A DNA stretch of 61,739 bases, filler included. It is 5 parts of 5 records of this genome, joined end to end, with 100 filler letters (N's around TTAATTAATTAA, not from the genome) between each part and the next. Parts side by side here need not be neighbours in the genome. Positions count along the whole stretch, not along the records: positions 7,917 to 28,280 come from SRR31156797_5758; 4 more parts are not named here. One strand, given 5' to 3'. Of this stretch, positions 8,373 to 18,018 are shown piece after piece (position 1 is the stretch's first letter; each line of letters starts with the position of its first letter). Both the position numbers and the translations under genes were made by a program. The notes under the pieces were generated by a model. It searched no databases, had not been told where the DNA came from, and was given only the letters and a program-made list of their open reading frames with translations.

Positions 8373-9419
8373 ATGATGGAGAATGCCATTCGCCAAACGG
8401 CAGAAATTTTAAAAGCACAAATATTTAATTATTCAAACACAGGCTTGTTAAGTGGACAAATGGGGGCTAGTTTATTTTTATATTTTGCTTCCAGAATATT
8501 AGATGAAAAAAGATATGAAGATGTTGCCGATACATTAATAGATAATATATACGATAAAATTTCGGATGAGCAACAGCCTTATCATTTTGATGATGGTTTG
8601 TCCGGTATTGCCTGGGGATTTCATTACCTAAATAAAAATGGTTTTTTAGAAGGTGATTTAAACGAAGTACTAGAGGATTTGGATGATAAAATATACCATT
8701 ATATCACATTTAGTGAGAATATGGAAAATGCGGGTGTTCAAACTCTGGTAGGATTTGGATTTTATTTGATTGAAAGAATTAAATACTGCAATGAGTCATT
8801 CAAATCCGATCGTAAACTTTGTTTTGAACGTTTATTAATTTTTATTGTAAATAGGTTGTCTTTTTTATTAGAAAAAGATAAACGTATAATTCAGGAGTTA
8901 CATGGTTTTAGTTTGTTATATGGTTTGCCTTTGTGTATAGTATTTTTAGCTAGTGTTTATAGTCTTAATATATATAATCGAAAAATAGAAAGGACATTTG
9001 AGAATATTTCTTCTTCTGTTACCTCAATAATTCCAAATAGTAGTGCAAACAGGTTTTATTTGGTATTTGCCTTAAAATTTGCTTTACAAAATTATAAGCA
9101 GGATGATTGGAAGAAACACTGTGAACTATTAATAAATACAATTGATATTAATACAATTATTGAAGAGGACTTTTTGAATATTGAAATTCCCTTTTTAAAT
9201 GGTAAAGCAGGATTTGCTTTTTTATTAGATAAATATGCTGAATTATTTGAAGATGATCATCTTTCCTATGACCATGAGTTATTGGTCAATTCAATTATAC
9301 ATTCATCCTTTTGGGATATTAAACCTGATAAATTAAACATTAATACTTTAAATGTAGCAACTGGTATCGCAGGTATCGGTTTGGTATTATTAAAAACGAA
9401 ACAACCAGTTGCGTATTAG
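8373..9419 (+). CDS. Lanthionine synthetase C-like (LanC-like) alpha/alpha-toroid protein lacking canonical Zn-binding motifs
   Basis: Repeated GxxG helix-cap motifs GLLSGQMG, FDDGLSGIAW, FLNGKAG and VATGIAGIG. No WCxG, CHG or GxAHG motif. Confidence 0.72.
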   Translation: MMENAIRQTAEILKAQIFNYSNTGLLSGQMGASLFLYFASRILDEKRYEDVADTLIDNIYDKISDEQQPYHFDDGLSGIAWGFHYLNKNGFLEGDLNEVLEDLDDKIYHYITFSENMENAGVQTLVGFGFYLIERIKYCNESFKSDRKLCFERLLIFIVNRLSFLLEKDKRIIQELHGFSLLYGLPLCIVFLASVYSLNIYNRKIERTFENISSSVTSIIPNSSANRFYLVFALKFALQNYKQDDWKKHCELLINTIDINTIIEEDFLNIEIPFLNGKAGFAFLLDKYAELFEDDHLSYDHELLVNSIIHSSFWDIKPDKLNINTLNVATGIAGIGLVLLKTKQPVAY

Positions 9420-9515
9420 TATCACATTTTGGAGTATAAAAATTCTATCCATTTAATAAACCATCATTTCAAATAGTATGATTAACGGATGGTTGCAAAA
9501 AATTAAAAAAAGAAA

Positions 9516-11699
9516 GTGTTAAAAGATCGTTTAATTTTCCCTAGTTATATTCAGCACGATCAGATGGATTGTGGCCCTGCATGCTTAAAAATTATTGCCA
9601 AATACTATGGAAAAACCTTATCTATGAAGTATTTGCGTGATAGGTGTTATATCACGCGTGAAGGTGTTTCGTTATTTGATATTGGACAAGCTGCAGAAGT
9701 TGTTGGTTTTAGAACTCTGGCTCTAAAATTAAATTTTGAAGACTTGAGAGATAAAATGCCTTTGCCATTAGTCATCCATTGGAAAGAAAAGCATTTTGTT
9801 GTTGTATACAAGATTACGAGAAATAAGGTTTATGTTTCTGATCCAGCTTCAGGTTTGTTGATTTATACGCATGAGGAGTTTAAAAATGCCTGGTTATATG
9901 ATAATAATATTGGGGCTGCTTTGTTATTAGAAACAACTCCTGAGTTTGATAATATTACAGATAATGAAACAACTGCATCTTTGACATACTTTAGGCGGTA
10001 TCTGAAACCGTATCATAAGTATTTGTTTCAGGTTATTTTAGGGATGTTTGTTGGAATCCTGATTGGAGTTATAAGCCCTTTTATAAATCAATCTGTAGTT
10101 GATTTTGGAATAATGGGAGGTAATATGAGCTTTATTGAAGCTATGATGATAGCCGGTATTGTTCTGGCATTTAGTTCGTTAATCTCAGGGTTTATACAAA
10201 GTCGTTTAATGCTCTATGTTTCTGAAAGAATCAATATGAGTATGGTAAGTGATTTTGTTCGAAAAACACTAAAGTTACCCATTGCCTTTTTTGAACGGAA
10301 GACTGTGAGTGATTTGCTAACACGTATTGGAGATCATGGACGTATACAGTCGTTTGTAATGTCAACTTTTCTTGGCATCTTCATCAATGTACTGCTGTTA
10401 GTTATTTATACCGTGTTAATGTTGTACTATGAACCAACAATGTTTTATATATTTTTTGTTGGTAACTTAGTTTATTTTGGTTGGATACTGTTGTTTCTTA
10501 AAAGAAGAAAAAAGTTAGATAACATACTCTTTGAGTTAAGGACAACTAACCAAAATGCCATGCTTGAGATATATAATAGTGTTCAGGATATTAAGGCAAA
10601 TGGTATTGCAAACAGCAGAAGATGGCGTTGGGAGTTGAGTCGCTTTAAAATATATGGCTTACATGTTAAAAATATGGATCTGGATCAGATTGAGGCAGCA
10701 GGAGCTTCTTTAATCTTGAAGTTACAAGGTGTATTTTTAACATACATAGCCGCATATAATGTTATTGAAGGAAATATGACTTTAGGTATGATGACTGCAG
10801 CTCAATATATACTTGGTCAATTGTCAGGTCCTTTAAGCAGTATGATAGGGTACATCACATCTTATCAATTTGCCCAATTAAGTTTAAAGCGTGTAAATGA
10901 AGTAATTCATGAAGAAAAGCCGGAGGAATCAAAATCTTCGAATGATGTGCCAGAAAATAAGACCATAAAATTAAATGGTGTTAGCTTTCATTATAATCCC
11001 AATTTAGGAGATGTAATTAAAGATATTTCACTCACAATACCTCAAAATAAAGTTACAGCTATAGTAGGAGAAAGTGGAAGTGGCAAAACTACTTTAGTTA
11101 AGCTCTTAATGCGATTCTATGATCCTAATAATGGAGAGATAGAGGTAGGTAATATTGGTGTTGATAGTATAGATTTAGATAAATGGAGAAGGAGTTGTGG
11201 TGTAGTATTGCAAGATGGAAGATTATTTAATGAAACCATTATGTATAATATTACGCTTCAGGATGACGAGAAAGATATAGATACAGAACAACTCAAGAAG
11301 GCCATTATATTGGCTAACCTAACTGATTTTATTAACGAGCGACCACTGAAAGTGTATACGATGTTAGGTGAGAATGGATTAGGATTAAGTCAGGGGCAAA
11401 AGCAAAGAGTATTGATAGCTAGGGCTATATATAAAAACCCTGATTTTATATTTCTTGATGAAGCAACCAATTCCTTAGATGCCAATAATGAAAAAATAAT
11501 TTCAGAGAATCTAAATCAGATTATGGAAAATAAAACAGCTGTTGTTATTGCACACCGATTGTCTACAGTAAAAAATGCGGATAATATAGTTGTTATGGAA
11601 AAAGGTACAATTGCAGAACAAGGGACTCACGAGGAATTAATATCCAGAAAGGGAATGTATTACAAACTAGTGTTTAATCAACTGAATTTAGGAAATTAG
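9516..11699 (+). CDS. Peptidase C39-containing ABC transporter (PCAT, SunT/LanT-like)
   Basis: QHDQMDCGPACL (catalytic Cys), HWKEKHFVV (His), VSDPA (Asp), TM domain, Walker A GESGSGKTT, LSQGQKQR, FLDEAT and IAHRLST. GTG start. Confidence 0.96.
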   Translation: MLKDRLIFPSYIQHDQMDCGPACLKIIAKYYGKTLSMKYLRDRCYITREGVSLFDIGQAAEVVGFRTLALKLNFEDLRDKMPLPLVIHWKEKHFVVVYKITRNKVYVSDPASGLLIYTHEEFKNAWLYDNNIGAALLLETTPEFDNITDNETTASLTYFRRYLKPYHKYLFQVILGMFVGILIGVISPFINQSVVDFGIMGGNMSFIEAMMIAGIVLAFSSLISGFIQSRLMLYVSERINMSMVSDFVRKTLKLPIAFFERKTVSDLLTRIGDHGRIQSFVMSTFLGIFINVLLLVIYTVLMLYYEPTMFYIFFVGNLVYFGWILLFLKRRKKLDNILFELRTTNQNAMLEIYNSVQDIKANGIANSRRWRWELSRFKIYGLHVKNMDLDQIEAAGASLILKLQGVFLTYIAAYNVIEGNMTLGMMTAAQYILGQLSGPLSSMIGYITSYQFAQLSLKRVNEVIHEEKPEESKSSNDVPENKTIKLNGVSFHYNPNLGDVIKDISLTIPQNKVTAIVGESGSGKTTLVKLLMRFYDPNNGEIEVGNIGVDSIDLDKWRRSCGVVLQDGRLFNETIMYNITLQDDEKDIDTEQLKKAIILANLTDFINERPLKVYTMLGENGLGLSQGQKQRVLIARAIYKNPDFIFLDEATNSLDANNEKIISENLNQIMENKTAVVIAHRLSTVKNADNIVVMEKGTIAEQGTHEELISRKGMYYKLVFNQLNLGN

Positions 11700-11710
11700 A
11701 TTTTGATAAT

Positions 11711-13042
11711 ATGTTTGATGTTAGATTAAGAAGATCGTACGAAGAAACTATATATAATTATCGTCCGCCTTGGATTCATAGGTGGGGTAATACGTATGTA
11801 TTCATTTTTTTATTAATTGTGGTTGGTGGAAGTCATTTTGTAAGATATCCTGATGTAATTGCTGGGGAAGTAGAAATAACAACTATAAATCCTCCAGTCC
11901 ATCTAAAGGCTAAAGTATCAGGTAAAATACAAAAGTTATTGGTAAAAAATAATTCACAGGTAGTTACTAATACTCCGCTTGTGTTACTTGAGTCTTCTGT
12001 GAGCTGGGAGGATTTTTTAGAGGTTAAAAAAAATGCACAGGAATTATTATCGTACACTTTAACGGAAGGGAATAATGAGATTTTTGAACAAATGAATTTC
12101 TCGCGGCATTTGACGCTAGGTTCATTACAAGCAAGCTATGAAGACTTTATTGGAAGTTATTATGAATTGGCAGACTATTATTTTTATCAATTTAATCAAA
12201 AAGAAATTGTAGCTAAAGAGCAGCAGTTGAAAGATTTAAATGAGCTGACTGATATTTTAAATCAGCGTAAGCAAATTGTTGATGATCAATATGAAGTAGG
12301 TTTAAATCAGCTGTCAATGGATTCTCTCGATTATGAAGTGTCTGGCGTGTCGAAGTATTCATATTACGAGAAAAAATATAATTTACTGAATTCAAAAAGT
12401 AATGTTCTTGATGTCAATAAACAGGTTGCTACAAGTACCTCAACAATTTCACAACTTAAATTTGAAATACAGAGCCTTAGGGTAAAGGATGAGATTGAGA
12501 AAAAACGTTTGTGGATTAATTTTAAGCAAAAATTACAGATTCTCTATTCTAGAATAAATGAATGGGAAGATGATTATGTTTTATGTTCTCCTATTAAGGG
12601 AGTTGTAAATTATGCCTCTTTCTGGGCCGAGAATCAAAATGTTAATGCTGGTGAGATTGTGGTTTCTGTTTTACCAGATTCGCAAGCAGAAGTTAAAGCT
12701 CGGATTAGGTATCCAATACAGAAGTCAGGAAAAGTAAAAATGGGGCAGAAAGTGCATATTAAACTAGATAACTTTCCTTACAACGAATTTGGTTTACTGA
12801 GAGGTGTAATTGAAAATAAGTCAACCGTACCTAATACAATAGTTTCCGGAATTAGTGGTAATGTGATGATGTATAGTGCAGATGTATTGCTGGATAAGGG
12901 TTTGGTAACAAGTTATAAAGATACATTACCTGTAGTGCAGGAATTATATGGATCAGGAGAGATATTAACAGATGATATTAGTTTATTGATGCGCTTTTTT
13001 AGCCCTCTTAAAGCAGTATTTGAAGAAAAAATTGAAAAATAA
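11711..13042 (+). CDS. HlyD-family membrane fusion (periplasmic adaptor) protein
   Basis: PPWIHRWG plus TM, YPDVI.G, long coiled coil, SPIKGVV, GKVKMGQKVHIKLDNFPYNEFGLLRG. Directly follows the PCAT. Confidence 0.93.
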   Translation: MFDVRLRRSYEETIYNYRPPWIHRWGNTYVFIFLLIVVGGSHFVRYPDVIAGEVEITTINPPVHLKAKVSGKIQKLLVKNNSQVVTNTPLVLLESSVSWEDFLEVKKNAQELLSYTLTEGNNEIFEQMNFSRHLTLGSLQASYEDFIGSYYELADYYFYQFNQKEIVAKEQQLKDLNELTDILNQRKQIVDDQYEVGLNQLSMDSLDYEVSGVSKYSYYEKKYNLLNSKSNVLDVNKQVATSTSTISQLKFEIQSLRVKDEIEKKRLWINFKQKLQILYSRINEWEDDYVLCSPIKGVVNYASFWAENQNVNAGEIVVSVLPDSQAEVKARIRYPIQKSGKVKMGQKVHIKLDNFPYNEFGLLRGVIENKSTVPNTIVSGISGNVMMYSADVLLDKGLVTSYKDTLPVVQELYGSGEILTDDISLLMRFFSPLKAVFEEKIEK

Positions 13043-13048
13043 AATAAA

Positions 13049-13828
13049 ATGGAAAAGATAGATTTAAAAGATACAACTTTTATAATTCCAGTTAGGCTTG
13101 ACTCAATAAATAGACTTGAAAACCTAATGATGGTTGTGGATTTTTTAATTGAGAAATTTCATACAAATATAATCATATTAGAAGCTTCAACCTTTTGTAA
13201 TGGATTAGTTAAGCGTTTACTCCCTCAGACTGTTAATTATATGTTTTATGAAGATTTAGATCCTATTTTTCATCGAACATTTTATATCAATGAAATGATG
13301 AAGTCATGCCAAACTCCTTTTGTTGCGGTATGGGATTCGGATGTAATTCTTGGATCAAGGCAAATATTGGAATCAATCACTTTATTGAGAGAAAAAAAGT
13401 CTGATTTTGTTTATCCATATAAGGATAAGTTTCTTGATACCAGTAAAACAATTCGTGAATTATATTTTTTAAGCAGGAATTTTGAATTGTTAATAAAGCA
13501 TAGGAACAAAATGAATGAAATGTACCCGCCAAATCCTGTGGGAGGTGCTTTTATTGCCAATTGTGAATCATACATTAATTCAGGTCTTGAAAATACGGAT
13601 TATTATGGGTGGGGTCTCGAAGATGGTGAAAGGTATTATCGTTGGGATAATCTCGATTATAAAGTTATGCGTGTAGAAGGTCCTATGTTTCACTTATCAC
13701 ATGATCGTGGTATAAATAGTAGCATACATTCTTCAGATTCAGCCAAAATTAAAGAAAATGATATCACACGCACCAGGATGATGAATAAGAGTGAAATGGA
13801 AAAAGTTATTACAAATTGGAAAAAGTAA
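13049..13828 (+). CDS. GT-A fold glycosyltransferase (GT2 / galactosyltransferase Glyco_transf_7C-like)
   Basis: TFIIPVR, DxD motif (WDSD), GGAF, GWGLED acceptor/base motif and FHLSH. Confidence 0.85.
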   Translation: MEKIDLKDTTFIIPVRLDSINRLENLMMVVDFLIEKFHTNIIILEASTFCNGLVKRLLPQTVNYMFYEDLDPIFHRTFYINEMMKSCQTPFVAVWDSDVILGSRQILESITLLREKKSDFVYPYKDKFLDTSKTIRELYFLSRNFELLIKHRNKMNEMYPPNPVGGAFIANCESYINSGLENTDYYGWGLEDGERYYRWDNLDYKVMRVEGPMFHLSHDRGINSSIHSSDSAKIKENDITRTRMMNKSEMEKVITNWKK

Positions 13829-13848
13829 AGCCAAGAGATATTTGTTTT

Positions 13849-15342
13849 ATGCGTTTAGTGAGGAATTTAGGAAAATTTTTGTTGCTGCTAATAATGTTTG
13901 TTGGAGTACAGATTAAATTGTATTCGCAAGAATTAAAAAGTGAATATACTTTAGAAGAATTTATAAAATTAGCTGAAAAATTGTCTTTAGTAAGTATTGA
14001 AGCCAGGAATGAATATATTAGCAGTTGCTACACATATCAGGATTTCAAAACAGGTTATCTGCCATCAGTTTCGTTAAGTACAACAATTCCTAATTTCAAT
14101 CGGTCTATATCTTGGAATGATGATTTGCAGAGTTTTATAGAAAAAAATAATGTTTCCAGTACAGCTAATCTAAGTATGAGTCAAAAGGTGGCTCCAATGG
14201 GTGGAACACTGACAATGTCAAGTAATTTGCAACAAATCGTTTTGTTAGGAGATGATGGGAGTACCACTTACTTTTCTTCGCCATTAAGTTTGTCATATAG
14301 CCAGCCGATATTTGCTATAAATAGCATGAAATGGGAACGAAAAGTTTCTCCAATAGAGTTTGAGAAAGCAAAAAGAACTTATGTTTCATCTATTGAAGAT
14401 AACTCAGTAACTGCAATAAGGCGTTTCTTCTCATTTATCTCCAAGCAAAATACCTTGGATATGGCAAGGTTTAATTATAGTAATCTCGACACCTTATACC
14501 AGATGACGAAAGAGAGGTGTACTTATGGAGCTGTGTCAGAGATAGACTTATTGAAAATGCAAGAGTTGCTTTTAAATGCGAAGGAAAGGCTTATTAATGC
14601 AGAATTAAATTTTAAAAGTGAAAACAATTCAATGATGGATTTTCTTGGACTAAGTTCACATTTTTCATTTAAACTTATGGTTCCTGACAGGCCTAATGCT
14701 CCAGATGTAAATTTCGATGATGTATTAGAGAAAGCAATTCAATATAATCCAGGTTCATTAAGTCGCGAGTTAAATATTCTGAAAGCAAAAAAGGAATTAA
14801 TACAAGCCAAAAAAGAGAGATTTTCTATGGATCTAAGCATTACATATGGTTTAGACCATTCTTCAGCAAGTTCATTAGCTGCTTTATATGAACCGCCATA
14901 TTCAGACAGGCAACAGGTTTCGTTGGGGCTTTCTGTTCCTATAGTTAACTGGGGGCAGCAAAATAGAAAAGTAAAACTAGCTCAGGCAAAAGAAGAACTG
15001 GCTCAGGAAGTTTATGAAAGAGAAGAACGAAAGTTTGTACATGAGGTTGATATGCAGGTACAAAAATATAATGCTCATAAGTCAATCTTAGACTTGACTT
15101 CTTTATTGGATTCAATTGCAATTAAAAAATTTACAATGAGTAAAGAACGTTTTAAGATTGGAAAAATTAGTGTCAGAGAATTAAATGATGCACTAATCGA
15201 AAAAGACAATGCTAATGCTAGATATTTAACAAATCTAAAAAACTATTGGATTTATTTTTTTTCAATGAGACAGTTGACGCTATATGATTTTAATAAAGAC
15301 AGACCATTGTTAGAAGTTTATGAAGAGTATCTAAAGCCTTAA
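13849..15342 (+). CDS. TolC-family outer membrane efflux protein
   Basis: Signal peptide from ATG 13849 (the track's 13816 start is a TTG), YLPSVSL, LSYSQPIF, LSVPIVNWG, ERFKIGKIS and LTLYDF, typical of Bacteroidota TolC. Confidence 0.88.
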   Translation: MRLVRNLGKFLLLLIMFVGVQIKLYSQELKSEYTLEEFIKLAEKLSLVSIEARNEYISSCYTYQDFKTGYLPSVSLSTTIPNFNRSISWNDDLQSFIEKNNVSSTANLSMSQKVAPMGGTLTMSSNLQQIVLLGDDGSTTYFSSPLSLSYSQPIFAINSMKWERKVSPIEFEKAKRTYVSSIEDNSVTAIRRFFSFISKQNTLDMARFNYSNLDTLYQMTKERCTYGAVSEIDLLKMQELLLNAKERLINAELNFKSENNSMMDFLGLSSHFSFKLMVPDRPNAPDVNFDDVLEKAIQYNPGSLSRELNILKAKKELIQAKKERFSMDLSITYGLDHSSASSLAALYEPPYSDRQQVSLGLSVPIVNWGQQNRKVKLAQAKEELAQEVYEREERKFVHEVDMQVQKYNAHKSILDLTSLLDSIAIKKFTMSKERFKIGKISVRELNDALIEKDNANARYLTNLKNYWIYFFSMRQLTLYDFNKDRPLLEVYEEYLKP

Positions 15343-15353
15343 ATACACATGTT

Positions 15354-16889
15354 ATGAAATCAGCTTATTTAATACACGCAGATAAAAATCCCAAGCAGCT
15401 TATAAGATTGATAGAAACACTGGATTCAGACCAAAGTGTCTTTATAATTCATGTGAATGGTTTTACCAATTTAAAAGCTTTTAAAAGATGTTCGCAAAAT
15501 TTTCAAAAAGATAACATTCACTTTGTTGAATCCAGAATAGAGTACAAGGATGCAGGATTTCGAAAGGTGGAAGCAATCATGTTTTTAATAAAGTTTCTAT
15601 TTATAAATAATATAGAATTTGATTATGCTCATTTAATTAGTTCGGTAGATGTTCCTCTTGTAAATTCAAAGGAAATTCAAGAGTTTTTGTTAAATAATAA
15701 TGAGCAAAATTTCTTAGCCTGGCAAGAAGTAAAAGAGGGCGACCTGACAAGTGCAGGATTTGATAGAGTAAAGTATAAGTGGAACCTAAATAATCAGGAT
15801 AATTGTCGATATTCAGATTTAGAATATAAAAAATCTAATCAATTTTGGAATGAGGATTGTGTAATGCCAATATATACAGGTAGTATGTATTGGAGTCTTA
15901 ATTACAATTGCCTTAAGTTTCTATACAAAGAGTGTAATGAGAAGAATAAAATATATCGTTTTTTTAGATATGCATATAAGCCTGAAGAGATGCTCTTTCA
16001 TACAATGATTATGAATTCATCTTTTAGAGATAGTGTTGTAAATAATTCTCTTAGGGTTGAAAAAAAGAATAATAAAAAGGTTATATCTAAGGGTTTTTCT
16101 ATTGGAGACAAGCCTATGTTGTGGGCTAGCTCTATTGATCATATTCAGGATAATCATAATGGAAGAGTAAATACGGACTTATTTAAAGAACGAGTATCAT
16201 TAAAATCATCAAAAAATTGTGTGATTTCGCCTGTAGGAAAACAAAGTTTGCATAAAAATTGGATTGGTGAAGATGCAGATTATGATCTACATTTAATCGT
16301 TTACGATGATTCATTTGAAAATTATAAAGCAGATTCAAAATACGTTATAGAAGATAGGGGGTTTAAGTTTAAGCTTTTATACAGGTATTTGATAAAGAAT
16401 CAATGGATTTTAAAGAAATACGATTATTTCTATTTTCCAGATGATGATATTGATATTGATTTGAACAATGTGAATAAATTGTTTAAATATATGAAGGAAT
16501 ATAGTTTAGATATAGCACAACCAGCTGTTGCAAATTCCTATATTATTTTTCCAATAACTACCAGGGCATTGGACACCGTGTTACGATATACCAACTTTAT
16601 TGAAGTTATGCAACCATGTTTTTCGCTAGAAGCTTTAAAAAAAATATTGTTCACGTTTAACGCCAATAACAGTGGTTGGGGAATTGATTATCATTGGGGA
16701 AATCTGGTGGATTTTAGAAATTATAATATGGCTGTTATTGACGATGTGTACTCTGTTCATACAAGGCCTGTTTCGTCTAATCATGTTCAGGATCTAAAGG
16801 ATTATATAAAGCTGTATGACTTAAGTCTGGAAGTGTTTCAATTATCAAAAATTACAAAGGATAACCTAGCTTATGAAAACTTCAACTAA
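15354..16889 (+). CDS. Two-domain glycosyltransferase: GT14 (Core-2/I-branching)-like N-domain fused to DUF707-like GT-A domain
   Basis: N-part: AYLIHADKNPKQL, FIIHVN, LISSVDVPL, GSMYWSL, PEEMLFHT. C-part: YDYFYFPDDDI, DIAQPA, TNFIEVMQPCFS, GWGIDYHW. Confidence 0.75.
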   Translation: MKSAYLIHADKNPKQLIRLIETLDSDQSVFIIHVNGFTNLKAFKRCSQNFQKDNIHFVESRIEYKDAGFRKVEAIMFLIKFLFINNIEFDYAHLISSVDVPLVNSKEIQEFLLNNNEQNFLAWQEVKEGDLTSAGFDRVKYKWNLNNQDNCRYSDLEYKKSNQFWNEDCVMPIYTGSMYWSLNYNCLKFLYKECNEKNKIYRFFRYAYKPEEMLFHTMIMNSSFRDSVVNNSLRVEKKNNKKVISKGFSIGDKPMLWASSIDHIQDNHNGRVNTDLFKERVSLKSSKNCVISPVGKQSLHKNWIGEDADYDLHLIVYDDSFENYKADSKYVIEDRGFKFKLLYRYLIKNQWILKKYDYFYFPDDDIDIDLNNVNKLFKYMKEYSLDIAQPAVANSYIIFPITTRALDTVLRYTNFIEVMQPCFSLEALKKILFTFNANNSGWGIDYHWGNLVDFRNYNMAVIDDVYSVHTRPVSSNHVQDLKDYIKLYDLSLEVFQLSKITKDNLAYENFN

Positions 16890-18018
16890 AGAATATGATT
16901 ATTTAATAGTGGGTGCCGGTTTATTTGGGGCAGTGTTTGCTTATTTGCAATCTCAAAAAGGCAAGAAATGTCTGGTAATAGACAAACGAGATCATATCGG
17001 AGGAAATATATATTGTGAAGAAATAGAGGGAATAAATATGCATAAATATGGCCCTCATATTTTTCATACGGATAAAAAATACATTTGGGATTTTGTTAAT
17101 TCATTAGTAGAGTTTAATCATTTTAGATATACACCTTTAGCATACTATAAGGGTAAATACTATAATTTGCCTTTTAATATGCATACTTTCTACCAAATGT
17201 GGGGAACCGCAACTCCAATGGAGGCCAAGCAAATCATCAATGAGCAAGTAGAAAAATTTGGGTGTGAAGTACCTGGTAATTTAGAAGAACAGGCCTTAAG
17301 TTTAGTAGGAAAAGACCTGTATCAAAAACTGATAAAAGGTTATACCGAAAAACAATGGGGGATGGATGCTACGCAGGTTCCTGCTTTTATTATTAAACGT
17401 ATTCCCCTAAGATTTATTTACGACAATAATTATTTTAATGATCCATATCAGGGAATACCAATAGGAGGATACAATAAATTAATAAATAAGTTGTTGGATG
17501 GTATTGATGTTAGATTAAACGTTGAGTTCTTGGGAAATAAATCATATTTTGAATCTATTGCAGATAAGATTCTATATACAGGTTGTATAGATGAATTTTA
17601 CGGATTTACATATGGCCAATTAGATTACAGGAGCTTAAGGTTTGAAACAACATTGCACGAGTGTTCAAACTACCAGGGTAATGCGGCAGTAAATTATACA
17701 GATAGAGAAATACCTTATACTAGGATAATAGAACATAAGCATTTTGGGTTTGGGAATCAGGAAAATACAGTAATAACGAAAGAGTTTTCTACTGATTTTA
17801 CAAAAAAAGATAATGAACCCTTTTATCCAATTAATGATCATAAGAATAATGAAGTCTATAATAAATATAGGGCTCTTTCTGAACAGCAATCAAAATATAT
17901 TTTCGGAGGAAGATTAGGGAGTTATAAATACTTTGATATGGATGATACAATAGAGGCAGCTATGCAATTAGATATGGAATTGGAAAAAAATTTAACTAAG
18001 GAGATATGCAATCTATAG
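16873..18018 (+). CDS. glf: UDP-galactopyranose mutase
   Basis: YDYLIVGAGLFG, HIGGNIY, HKYGPHIFHT, GYTEKQWG, YFNDPYQGIP, TRIIEHKHF, EPFYPIND, GRLGSYKYFDMD. Confidence 0.97.
   Translation: MKTSTKEYDYLIVGAGLFGAVFAYLQSQKGKKCLVIDKRDHIGGNIYCEEIEGINMHKYGPHIFHTDKKYIWDFVNSLVEFNHFRYTPLAYYKGKYYNLPFNMHTFYQMWGTATPMEAKQIINEQVEKFGCEVPGNLEEQALSLVGKDLYQKLIKGYTEKQWGMDATQVPAFIIKRIPLRFIYDNNYFNDPYQGIPIGGYNKLINKLLDGIDVRLNVEFLGNKSYFESIADKILYTGCIDEFYGFTYGQLDYRSLRFETTLHECSNYQGNAAVNYTDREIPYTRIIEHKHFGFGNQENTVITKEFSTDFTKKDNEPFYPINDHKNNEVYNKYRALSEQQSKYIFGGRLGSYKYFDMDDTIEAAMQLDMELEKNLTKEICNL

Noticed and set aside
9458-9494. AACCATC...GATGGTT inverted repeat between the LanC-like and PCAT genes
   Set aside because: Only a 7-bp stem with a long loop, which is expected by chance.
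8373-11699. Calling the cluster a lanthipeptide BGC
   Set aside because: No dehydratase is visible, the LanC-like protein lacks Zn ligands, and the core has a single Cys. This cannot be fully excluded because upstream DNA is missing.
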